Below, in pieces: positions 50,080 through 59,163 of a DNA stretch of 64,000 nucleotides (its first letter is position 1; each line of letters starts with the position of its first letter). Location of the stretch: the NCBI GenBank assembly GCA_963677435.1, contig OY781945.1:192001-256000 (forward strand), given 5' to 3'. Below the pieces are notes generated by a model that was given only the letters and a program-made list of their open reading frames with translations, did not search any database and had not been told where the DNA came from. Origin of the DNA: an uncultured Aliarcobacter sp. GTDB taxonomy: Bacteria; Campylobacterota; Campylobacteria; Campylobacterales; Arcobacteraceae. Made by a program: the position numbers and the translations under genes.

Positions 50080-51786
50080 ATGATAAAAAGAACGATACTA
50101 ATTTTATTTATTTTTTTAATAACTTTAAATGCAAATGATATTATTGAATTAAATAATAATGCGGTATCGTACTCTAATTTTAATATACAAGAATATGAAG
50201 ATAAATCAGAAAACTTAACTATCCGAGATATACAAGCTCTAAAAGATTTCAAATCAGTTAAAAATAAAATAAGTAAAGGATATACAAATTCCACATTTTG
50301 GTATAAATTAACTATTGTTAATAAAAAAAGTAACGATGAAATAATCTATTTAAAAATGTCAGAATCTTATCTTGACAAAGTTGAAAGTTATATTGAAGTT
50401 AATTCTAACATCACACAAGTAGACAATAAATCTTTTTCTAATAAGCCAATAATTCCTATTAAATTAGAAAAAGATGAAAGTAAAATAATATACATAAAGA
50501 TAAATACAATATATCCATTATTCGTCTCTTTTGATTTATTTGATAAGAACTCTTTGGATAAATCTATGTATGATTATAATATATTTTATGCTTTCATTTA
50601 TGGAGCAATTATTGCTTTAATACTCTATAACTTAGTTATATTTTTATATAGTAAAGATATTGCTTATTTATATTATGTTCTTTATGTTTCTTCTTTTTTG
50701 GTTTGGCAAATTATAATGAATGATATTCCTCCAATAGATAAATATATAAATAAGAATAACTTTTATATTCTCTCATCTTCTATACCATTGATAGTTTTAT
50801 TTATGATTTTATTTTCTAGATCTATTTTAGATACAAAAATTTATTTACCAAAACTTGATAAAATTTTAAGCTATTTATCTATAGTTTATGGACTTTTAAC
50901 ACTATCATCAATTTATGATTTTAAAAATACAATACCAATTACCAATTTATTTATATCATTTACTTTGCCATTTTTACTTTTTATAGGATTAAAAAGTTTA
51001 TACCTTAAAAATAAAACTGCAAAGTTTTACCTTATAGCTCAAATTCCTTATATGAGTTTATCAACAGTTTTTGCAGTAGCTGCATATGGTTATCTTGATT
51101 ATAATCTTTTTACAAGACATGGATTAGCTATTGGCTCTTTATTTGAAATCATTTTATTTTCATTGGCATTAGCCTATAGAATAAAGATTTTAGAAATGGA
51201 AAAATTAACAATCCTTGAAGAATCAAAAAATCAATTAGAACTTAAAATACAAGAAAGAACCAAAGAGCTTGAAGAATCAAAAGAAAAACTTAAATATCTT
51301 GCAAATACCGACCCATTATCTGGATTGCATAATAGAAGATATTTATATGAAACGGCTAAAAGATTAATCTCCATTTCAAAAAGAGAAAATAAACCTCTTT
51401 GTTTAATACTTTTTGATATAGATAATTTTAAAATCATAAATGATACCTATGGACATAATATTGGAGATATGGCTATAAAAGATTTTTCAGAACAATTAAA
51501 ACAGCATAGACAATCTGATATTGCTGCTCGTATTGGAGGGGAAGAGTTTGTTTTATTACTTCCAAATACTACAAAAGAACAAGCTTTTATTCTAGCATCA
51601 AAAATCAAAGAAGAAAGAGAAACAAAGGCTTTTTCAAACTCAAATATAAACTTATACTTCACAGTAAGTGGTGGAATTAGTGCATTAAAAGAAGAGGATA
51701 AAAGCATTGAAGATATTATCTCAAGAGCTGATGAAGCTCTATATTATGCAAAGAATCATGGAAGAAATCAAATTAAAAGTAACTAA
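50080..51786 (+). CDS. Diguanylate cyclase with 7TMR-DISM sensor
   Basis: GYTNSTFWYK periplasmic domain, 7TM region, DPLSGLHNRR, DIDNFK.IND.YGH, RQSD (I-site), GGEEF. Confidence 0.9.
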   Translation: MIKRTILILFIFLITLNANDIIELNNNAVSYSNFNIQEYEDKSENLTIRDIQALKDFKSVKNKISKGYTNSTFWYKLTIVNKKSNDEIIYLKMSESYLDKVESYIEVNSNITQVDNKSFSNKPIIPIKLEKDESKIIYIKINTIYPLFVSFDLFDKNSLDKSMYDYNIFYAFIYGAIIALILYNLVIFLYSKDIAYLYYVLYVSSFLVWQIIMNDIPPIDKYINKNNFYILSSSIPLIVLFMILFSRSILDTKIYLPKLDKILSYLSIVYGLLTLSSIYDFKNTIPITNLFISFTLPFLLFIGLKSLYLKNKTAKFYLIAQIPYMSLSTVFAVAAYGYLDYNLFTRHGLAIGSLFEIILFSLALAYRIKILEMEKLTILEESKNQLELKIQERTKELEESKEKLKYLANTDPLSGLHNRRYLYETAKRLISISKRENKPLCLILFDIDNFKIINDTYGHNIGDMAIKDFSEQLKQHRQSDIAARIGGEEFVLLLPNTTKEQAFILASKIKEERETKAFSNSNINLYFTVSGGISALKEEDKSIEDIISRADEALYYAKNHGRNQIKSN

Positions 51787-52187
51787 AAGTTAATATCTTT
51801 AGAAGTTTTATAATTTGATAGTTCAATCAAATTTTTATCAGGATCTCGAAAATAAATTGATTCAATTTCTCCAAGAGCACCAGTTCTACTTACGATTCCC
51901 TCTTCAATAGAAATACCTAAACTCTCAATATAATTTTTTGCTTCAACTAAAGGGGTATCAATTATAAAACATAAGTCAGCACTACCAACTTTTACATTAA
52001 AAGCTTTTGGTTCAAATTCATGTCCTAATTCATGAAGATTTATTTTTGCATTTCCAAATTTCAAAGCAATTCTTGAACCTTTAAAAACTTCTTTTTCCAT
52101 ACCTAAGATTTTGGTATAAAACTCAACAGTAGCAGTTATATCTTTTACTGTTAATACAAAATGGTCTAATCTATTAATTTTAATCAT
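51783..52187 (-). CDS. VOC/glyoxalase-family protein
   Basis: LDHFVLTV, KINLH, GSADLCF, YFRDPDKNLIE. Confidence 0.92.
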   Translation of the reverse strand: MIKINRLDHFVLTVKDITATVEFYTKILGMEKEVFKGSRIALKFGNAKINLHELGHEFEPKAFNVKVGSADLCFIIDTPLVEAKNYIESLGISIEEGIVSRTGALGEIESIYFRDPDKNLIELSNYKTSKDINF

Positions 52188-52205
52188 AAAAAATTATAAC
52201 AAATT

Positions 52206-53090
52206 TTAGACATATTGTATTGGCAAATAATATGTTGCTTCAAAAGTTCTATCTTCATTTAAAAAGTGATTCTTTTTAAATATTACATAAGGGGGATTAG
52301 TTGTTGTTTCAAAACCACTCTTTGGAAGCCACTCTTGATATGCCCATTGGATAAATCTAAGAATATCTCCCGTCTCTCCTTTTATCTCAAAAGTTGCATA
52401 TAAAGCCTCAGGAGTGTCAAAAATGGGAAGACTTGTATTTGATAAATCCACATCACCTTTTGGAATAATACCTGCCACATAAAAACACTCACTATGTGGC
52501 GTTATAGTTGGATTATCATGATAAATACCTATCTCTTCATATTTTGTAATATTGTTTGTATAAACCCAAGCTTGAAGTTTTTGCCATACTCTTGTAACTT
52601 CTTCTTTTAAATAACCCCTTTGTCTTATGTAATAAGTTCGTAGAGGTTTCGATTTTATGATTTTTGGTTCTATATTTTCAAAATCTTTTTTCTCATAATA
52701 AGCCATATTAGAGTTTCTTAAAATATTAGTTGAATACTCTTCATATCCTCCATTTCTCCACACTTTTGGTGTTTGATTAAACCTTTCTTTAAATGCTCTA
52801 ATAAATGAAGTTTGAGAACTATATCCACACATTGAAGCTATTTGAGTGATGGTTGAATATTTATTTGTAAGAAGTAAACTTGAAGCTTTTTGAAGTCGTA
52901 TTGATTTTATTGTTTCATAAATATTTATTCCCATAATATCTTTAAAAAGTTTGTGTAAATGAAACTTACTAATACCAAAATTTAAAGCTAATTCATCTAT
53001 ATTTATATCTGTATCTATGTATTCATAAATATAATACATTGTGTCATTTGCTATTTGTACATTTTTGTTATAAGTAGTTCTTTTTTGCAT
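52206..53090 (-). CDS. AraC-family regulator with GyrI-like effector domain
   Basis: N-terminal double HTH (ITQIASMCGYSSQTSFIRAFK), IYHDNP, WLPKSG. Confidence 0.92.
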   Translation of the reverse strand: MQKRTTYNKNVQIANDTMYYIYEYIDTDINIDELALNFGISKFHLHKLFKDIMGINIYETIKSIRLQKASSLLLTNKYSTITQIASMCGYSSQTSFIRAFKERFNQTPKVWRNGGYEEYSTNILRNSNMAYYEKKDFENIEPKIIKSKPLRTYYIRQRGYLKEEVTRVWQKLQAWVYTNNITKYEEIGIYHDNPTITPHSECFYVAGIIPKGDVDLSNTSLPIFDTPEALYATFEIKGETGDILRFIQWAYQEWLPKSGFETTTNPPYVIFKKNHFLNEDRTFEATYYLPIQYV

Positions 53091-53227
53091 AATAATCCTT
53101 ATTAGTCATAAGTTTAACATATTTAGGCATATTTTTTAAACAATAATAGATAACTTTTAAACCAATATATGTAAAGAATAAAAAAAAATTAAAAGATAGA
53201 ATTCATAAAAATTAAAAAGGAGTTAAA

Positions 53228-53845
53228 ATGGAAGATTTTTATACGCTAACAATGTTGATTTCTATTGCTGCATTTGCACTAACAGCCACAATAACACCAG
53301 GACCTAATAATGTCTTACTTTTATCTTCTGGGTTAACCTTTGGATATAAAAGAAGTATTCCCCATGTGTTTGGGGTTTTTTTAGGTTTTGCATTGATGGT
53401 TTTACTTGTGGGATTGGGAGTTGGAATTGTATTTGAAAAATTCCCAATAGTATTAAAAATACTAAAAGTTGTGGGACTTCTTTATCTATTTTGGATGGCA
53501 TATAAAATAGGTTCTAGCAAAGGTCATCTAAAAATAAAAGAAAAGCACAAACCTTTTACTTTTATACAAGCAGCACTTTTTCAATGGGTAAATCCAAAGG
53601 GTTGGATTATGTCAATGACAGCTATGTCTATATTTGTAACATCAAAAGACAATAGTATTACTCAAGTAATTATCATTGCTTTTTTGTTTTTAATAGCTGG
53701 AATAATCTCTTGTAATGCTTGGGCAATAGGTGGAGTTGCTTTAAAAAGATTTATAAAAGATGAAAGCCATGTAAGAAAGTTCAATCTAATCATGGCGATA
53801 CTTTTGGTTGTATCGGTTCTGCCTGTGATTCTTGGAAATTGGTAA
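53228..53845 (+). CDS. LysE-family exporter
   Basis: ITPGPNN, G..YLFWMA, FQWVNPKGW. Confidence 0.92.
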   Translation: MEDFYTLTMLISIAAFALTATITPGPNNVLLLSSGLTFGYKRSIPHVFGVFLGFALMVLLVGLGVGIVFEKFPIVLKILKVVGLLYLFWMAYKIGSSKGHLKIKEKHKPFTFIQAALFQWVNPKGWIMSMTAMSIFVTSKDNSITQVIIIAFLFLIAGIISCNAWAIGGVALKRFIKDESHVRKFNLIMAILLVVSVLPVILGNW

Positions 53846-53866
53846 TAAGAGTTTAACTCTTATTAC
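53842..53866. terminator. Bidirectional terminator between the LysE and thioesterase genes
   Basis: GTAATAAGAGTT-T-AACTCTTATTAC. Confidence 0.75.
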
Positions 53867-54302
53867 TTTTTTCAAACTCTTCAACTTCTTCTAAAGTTCC
53901 CATCCAAGGTATTGAGAAAATATGGGATTCTAGTATTGTTCTAATATTATCAGGGATTCTAACTGCCTCTTTTGTCATAAAATTATAGTGAATAAGAATA
54001 CACTTTCCAGTTGTACAAAGTTTTCCTTCTTGATAAACTGCATGACATAATTCAATAGAAGAGTTACCTAATTTTGTAACACCAGTTTTTACGATAACTT
54101 CCTTACCCCAAAATACCTCTTTTAAAAAATCAAAAGAAGTATGAGCCATGATAAGATTCCACTCTTTTACATTTGCCTTTGGCATAAAGATACGAAATAT
54201 CTCATCTCGTGCGGCTTCAAACCACACCCCGTAAGTGTTGTTATTAATATGCCCAAGTGCATCTGTTTCTAAAAATCTTGGTTTTATTATTTCTGTGAAC
54301 AT
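53853..54302 (-). CDS. Acyl-CoA thioesterase (4HBT/FadM-like hotdog fold)
   Basis: RFLETDALGHINN..Y..WFEAAR; GTG start. Confidence 0.9.
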   Translation of the reverse strand: MFTEIIKPRFLETDALGHINNNTYGVWFEAARDEIFRIFMPKANVKEWNLIMAHTSFDFLKEVFWGKEVIVKTGVTKLGNSSIELCHAVYQEGKLCTTGKCILIHYNFMTKEAVRIPDNIRTILESHIFSIPWMGTLEEVEEFEKSNKS

Positions 54303-54398
54303 TTATTTTCTCCAATTTAAAAGGAGGATAGTTTAACAAATTTGGTTTAGGTTTTATTTAAATATGAATTTTTGAAGGATTATTTTTAATATTCTCTT

Positions 54399-54620
54399 GA
54401 AGAACAAGTTCTTCGCTTTCTTACTTTTTAGTTGTAAAAAGTAAGACAAAAAGCAACCAGCCGAATTGTCAAAGGCGAAGCTTCCCTCCTAGTTTCAAAT
54501 TTGTTTTCTAGTCTGCGGAACTCGCAAAAAAGAGTGAATTTGTCACTCTTTTTTACTCAAACAGTCCTCGACTTTTTCCGAAAAAAATTTAAAACTACTC
54601 GGCTTTGACAAAGGCTGGGA
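54399..54620. repeat. Nested multi-hairpin palindromic element (MITE-like or structured RNA)
   Basis: Small hairpins at 54399-54414 and 54419-54446. Long nested stem: CCAGCC/GGCTGG, TTGTCAAAG/CTTTGACAA, TAGTTT.AAATTT/AAATTT.AAACTA, inner AAAAAAGAGTGA/TCACTCTTTTTT. Confidence 0.75.
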
Positions 54621-54631
54621 TTTCTTCGGTT

Positions 54632-55531
54632 TTAGCTTCTAACTAATTCCAAAAGCATCTCATTATTACCAAAGGCCCCATCATTAAAATAAGATAATAT
54701 TTGTAATAATACTTCGGTATGCTCAGTTCTTTTATTAATAATTAAATGCTCAAATAATGCATATTTTTCTATATAATTTTTATATTCAATAAAATTATGA
54801 CTAATACAATTTATTGCTAAAACTTCTAAAAGATGAACATCAATTAAAGCTCTTAATATATTTGTATATTGTTTTCCATTAATTTTATTCTTAATACTTT
54901 GATCGTCTATAAATCTAAGTAATTGATATAATATCATGAAATATTTTTTGATTTTATTTTCTTCTTTATTCTTCTCTCTAAAATTACTAAACACTTCATC
55001 GATAGAAAAAAATTCATATTCGCTAGTTCCCTCCCATGTATTTTCCATAGTTATCCTTGAGAAATTAACTAAAAATTCATTCTTTCTCCCTAATATAATA
55101 TTTAAGAGTTCATTGTGTTTATCAAGTAATTGGAAAAAAGTATTCTCAAACATTTGTAAATTTGTAGCCTCATTTTGGAGTTTTAGAGATTCACTTTGTT
55201 CTTGTTGAGCTATTCTTGAGCCTTTTAATTCTTCTCTTGTAGCTTCAAGTTCTTCTCGTGAAAGTTTTAATTCATCAGTTTGAATTTTAATTGTATAAAG
55301 TAATGCCATAAAACTAAGAAATGCCAATATTGGATTTAATGTACCACCTATAAAATCTCCAAATTGTCCAAAATGGTCAGGACTAGCATCTATTTTAAAA
55401 TCTGAAAAGATATATTCATAATATCCAAATACACTAACTATACAAAATAAGGCGAATAATCCAAATGATATTAAAATCAATGGTAATTTCTTCTTAGTTT
55501 TTTTATTTGATAAAATCTGATTATGTAGCAT
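54632..55531 (-). CDS. Putative phage abortive-infection protein (putAbiC-like), 2 TM + coiled coil
   Basis: TM-GQFGDFIGG-TM, coiled coil, FENTFFQLL, YFMILYQLLRFID, QYTNILRA. Confidence 0.75.
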   Translation of the reverse strand: MLHNQILSNKKTKKKLPLILISFGLFALFCIVSVFGYYEYIFSDFKIDASPDHFGQFGDFIGGTLNPILAFLSFMALLYTIKIQTDELKLSREELEATREELKGSRIAQQEQSESLKLQNEATNLQMFENTFFQLLDKHNELLNIILGRKNEFLVNFSRITMENTWEGTSEYEFFSIDEVFSNFREKNKEENKIKKYFMILYQLLRFIDDQSIKNKINGKQYTNILRALIDVHLLEVLAINCISHNFIEYKNYIEKYALFEHLIINKRTEHTEVLLQILSYFNDGAFGNNEMLLELVRS

Positions 55532-55546
55532 TTGAATCCTTTTTAA

Positions 55547-55658
55547 TAGTTATTTTATTCAAGGTCAAGGAGGAGTGATTTTTTTGCGAGGGAGCATACA
55601 GTCAGTATGTGACTGAGTAAAAAAATTGCTCCAACGCTGAGATTGGGTAAAAGAACTA
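55547..55658. mobile_element. ERIC/IRU-like 112-bp palindromic element
   Basis: TA-bounded imperfect terminal inverted repeats, internal GGAGTGATTTTTTT/AAAAAAATTGCTCC arms, core GGAGCATAC-AGTCA-GTATGTGACTG resembling the ERIC core. Confidence 0.65.
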
Positions 55659-56678
55659 TTAAAAATCGTCGAAGTCGATGCTTCCTTTTGAGTAGTTTAC
55701 AACATTTCCTTCAAAGAAATTTGTTCTTTGGTCATTGAAACTTGCGTATCCATCAACCCATGGAATAGGGTGTTTTACATTGTATTCTGGTTTATATCCA
55801 ACGGCATCTAATCTTTTATCTGCTAGGTATTGAATATATTGTTTTATGATTCCATCTGTGAAACCTAGGATTTGTCCTTGAGTGATATATGCTCCCCAAG
55901 ATGATTCTAGTTCTACGGCTTTTCTGAACATTCCTCTTACAGTCTCTTCAAGTTCGGCTGTGAATAGTTCTGGTCTTTCTTTTCTAACTGAATTTATCAT
56001 GTTTTGGAAAAGTAAAAGGTGAGTAACTTCATCTCTTTGGATGAATCTAATCATTTGTGAAGACCCAAGCATTTTTCCTGATTTTCCAAGGGCATACATA
56101 GCTGCAAATCCAGCATAAAAATATAATCCTTCTAAAATCTGATTTGCAAAAAGTGCTAAAACGATTTTTTCATCTGTTATTTCACCTGCAAGATTTTTAT
56201 AAACAGCTGCTATGTAGTTGTTTTTTTCTCTTAGTTTTACATCATTTTTCCACATATCATAGATTTGGTCTGTGTTATCAGAAATAGATTCAACCATAAC
56301 TGCATAAGATTTACTATGATTTGCTTCTTCATAAGACTGTCTTGAAAGACAAGCGTTTATTTCAGGAGCTGTGATGTATGGATTTATATTGTCCATTAGA
56401 TTATTTGTTTGTAAAGAATCCATAAAAATAAGTTGAGATAAAACTAAATCATACATTCTTTTTTCAGGCTCAGTAAGATATTTATAATCTTTTGCATCCC
56501 CTGTCATTTGAACTTCTTTTGGAAACCAAGTATTAGCTTCCATTGTATCCCATAAATTTAATGCCCATTGATATTTCATTTTAGTAAAATTAATCATTCC
56601 ATCACTATTTCCACCAAAAATTCTTCTATCGTTTAAACTCTCTTTTGAGTCTGGGTTATATATGGTTTTTCGCTCCAT
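55659..56678 (-). CDS. nrdB: Class Ia ribonucleotide reductase beta subunit
   Basis: [40 protein letters not shown]. Confidence 0.95.
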   Translation of the reverse strand: MERKTIYNPDSKESLNDRRIFGGNSDGMINFTKMKYQWALNLWDTMEANTWFPKEVQMTGDAKDYKYLTEPEKRMYDLVLSQLIFMDSLQTNNLMDNINPYITAPEINACLSRQSYEEANHSKSYAVMVESISDNTDQIYDMWKNDVKLREKNNYIAAVYKNLAGEITDEKIVLALFANQILEGLYFYAGFAAMYALGKSGKMLGSSQMIRFIQRDEVTHLLLFQNMINSVRKERPELFTAELEETVRGMFRKAVELESSWGAYITQGQILGFTDGIIKQYIQYLADKRLDAVGYKPEYNVKHPIPWVDGYASFNDQRTNFFEGNVVNYSKGSIDFDDF

Positions 56679-56754
56679 TTGGAAGTCCTCTGCTTTTTTC
56701 TAAAATTTTATTCTATTTTTTTAATTGTTTGTAGTTACGAAATGTAAGGTTATC

Positions 56755-59139
56755 CTATTGACAACCGCTACACTCCATAGATCTATCTTCTACATCATTT
56801 TTTGCTTCTGGTGATTGGCTTCTTAAATAATATGTTGATTTAAGTCCTAATTTCCAAGCTAATGTATAGATTTCATGTAGGTGTTTTCCACTTGCTTTAT
56901 CTAAGCTCATGAAAATATTTGTAGATTGACCTTGGTCTATCCATTTTTGTCTAATTGCGGCTGCTTTAATTACTTGTAATTGGTCAATTTCAAAAGCAGG
57001 AGTATAATAATTCCAAGTCTCAGGACTTAGTTTTGGAACAACAACTGGAATTAATCCTGATAAGTTCTCTTCAAACCATTTTCTTTTATAAACTGGCTCA
57101 ATAGCTTGTGTAGTTCCAACTAAAATAGAAATAGATGAAGTAGGAGCAACAGCCATTAAGTAACCATTTCTCATTCCATCTTTTTTAACTTTTGCTCGTA
57201 ATTCATCCCAATCGTAAGAAGCATCAAATAAATCTTTGTCTACAAGTGCATTTACAGCTTGAGGAGCATGATCATGAGGCATAATACCTTTTGACCAATT
57301 TGAACCTTCATAAGTTGCGTAAGTTCCTTTTTCTATTGCTAAGTTTGAACTTGATTTAATTGCATTATATGAAATTGCTTCCATAACTTTATCAATCTTT
57401 TTGAAGTGATCAGTTGAACCCCAAACAAGTTTATACTCAGCTAACATTTCAGCTTCACCCATAACACCTAAACCAATACTTCTTGATTTTAAGTTTGTAG
57501 CTTTTACTTTTCTTAATGGATAGAAGTTTAAATCAATAACATTATCAAGCATTCTAATAGCTATTGGAACAACTCTTTCAATGTCTTCTTTTGTATTAAT
57601 TCTTGAAAGATTTACAGATGCTAAGTTACAAACTGCTGTATCTCCATCAATTTTCTCTTTTTCAACAATAAATACTCTTTTACCATTAATACTATCAAGA
57701 GCAGAAACTTTATTTGCTTTTTTAGTGATTCCACCATCAACAACAATTAATTCTTCTTCTTCATAAGTAGAAACTGTTCCATCTACAAACTCAAGTCTGA
57801 TTTTGTAATAGTTTGGATTTGTATTTTGGAAAATCTCTGTACAAAGATTTGAGCTTCTAATATGTCCAACATGAGAGTTTGGATTAGCTCTATTTGCTGT
57901 ATCTTTAAAACATAAAAAAGGACTTCCAGATTCAAAATATGAAGTTAGTACTTTTTTCCATAAATCTTTTGCTTTCATCACATTTTTTGTAATAGACTCA
58001 TCATTTTCATAAGCTATATATTTTGCTTTGAATTCATCACCATAACACTCACTTAAGTCTTTTACTTCATAAGGGTCAAATAAAGTCCAATGAGCATCTT
58101 CTAAAACTCTCTCCATAAATAGGTCAGTTATCCAAAGAGCTGGGAATAAATCATGTGCTCTTCTTCTTTCTTCACCAGAGTTTTTCTTTAAGTCAATAAA
58201 ATCCACTATATCCATATGCCAAGGCTCAAGATAAACTGCAATTGCACCTTTTCTTGTACCTAATTGGTCAACTGCAAGTGCTATATCATTTGTGATTTTT
58301 AAAAATGGAACTGTTCCACCAGCAGCACTTTTGTGGTCATCAATAACACCACCTAAAGCTCTGATTTGATTCCAATCCCAACCGATTCCTCCACCAAATT
58401 TAGATAATAGTGCCATCTCTTTGTAACCATCAAAAATTCCCTCGATATTATCAGGAGAACTTCCAATATAACAAGAAGATAATTGGTGTCTATTTGTTCT
58501 TGCATTTGATAAAGTTGGAGTTGCAAGCATTACTTCAAATTTAGAAACTACATCATAAAATTCTTTTGCGCATTGTTGTTTATTAACTTCATCTTGAGCT
58601 AAAAACATTGCAATTGCCATAAACATATGTTGTGGTAACTCAATTGGTTCAGCTTTATTATTTTTTATTAAATATCTATCGTATAAAGTTTTAATACCTA
58701 AGTAGTTAAATAAAAAGTCTCTTGATGGATCAATGTAGTTATCTAAATCATCTAAATCATAACCTTCACCAAGATTTGGGATTAATCTTCCTGCTTCTTT
58801 TCCATATTTCAAATAATCTCTTAAATGGCAATATGGTTCACCCTTTATTCCATGAGTTGCTTTTCCAACTCTGTGATATAAATCAAAAACAAAAAGACGA
58901 GCTGCTACAAATGTCCAATTTGGAACATCTATATCAATTTTCTCAACGGCTGTTTTAATAAGTGCATCTTGAATATCAGAAGAGCTCATCCCATCAATAA
59001 ATTTAATTTGTGCATCAAGTTCTAGTTCACTTTGAGAGACACCATCTAAATCTTCAGTTGCCTCTACAGTCATTTTTTGAATTTTAGTAATGTCTAAAAC
59101 CTCTTTACGACCATTTCTTTTTTTTATCATAATTCCCAT
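56755..59139 (-). CDS. nrdA: Class Ia ribonucleotide reductase alpha subunit with ATP cone
   Basis: IKKRNG ATP cone, QLSSC, SNLCTEI, VCNLAS, APTSSIS, KSTYY, C-terminal CSGCQ. Confidence 0.96.
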   Translation of the reverse strand: MGIMIKKRNGRKEVLDITKIQKMTVEATEDLDGVSQSELELDAQIKFIDGMSSSDIQDALIKTAVEKIDIDVPNWTFVAARLFVFDLYHRVGKATHGIKGEPYCHLRDYLKYGKEAGRLIPNLGEGYDLDDLDNYIDPSRDFLFNYLGIKTLYDRYLIKNNKAEPIELPQHMFMAIAMFLAQDEVNKQQCAKEFYDVVSKFEVMLATPTLSNARTNRHQLSSCYIGSSPDNIEGIFDGYKEMALLSKFGGGIGWDWNQIRALGGVIDDHKSAAGGTVPFLKITNDIALAVDQLGTRKGAIAVYLEPWHMDIVDFIDLKKNSGEERRRAHDLFPALWITDLFMERVLEDAHWTLFDPYEVKDLSECYGDEFKAKYIAYENDESITKNVMKAKDLWKKVLTSYFESGSPFLCFKDTANRANPNSHVGHIRSSNLCTEIFQNTNPNYYKIRLEFVDGTVSTYEEEELIVVDGGITKKANKVSALDSINGKRVFIVEKEKIDGDTAVCNLASVNLSRINTKEDIERVVPIAIRMLDNVIDLNFYPLRKVKATNLKSRSIGLGVMGEAEMLAEYKLVWGSTDHFKKIDKVMEAISYNAIKSSSNLAIEKGTYATYEGSNWSKGIMPHDHAPQAVNALVDKDLFDASYDWDELRAKVKKDGMRNGYLMAVAPTSSISILVGTTQAIEPVYKRKWFEENLSGLIPVVVPKLSPETWNYYTPAFEIDQLQVIKAAAIRQKWIDQGQSTNIFMSLDKASGKHLHEIYTLAWKLGLKSTYYLRSQSPEAKNDVEDRSMECSGCQ

Positions 59140-59163
59140 AATTTTACCTTGTAGTATCTTATA

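Noticed and set aside
54399..54631. Integron attC site downstream of the abi-like gene
   Set aside because: No RYYYAAC...GTTRRRY boxes are evident at the ends, the element is longer than typical attC sites, and no integrase is in the window.
57640..57830. Insertion in NrdA between NLCTEI and VCNLAS as a possible intein
   Set aside because: It is only about 60 aa, lacks intein termini (C/S start, HN-C end), and looks like a lineage-specific loop.
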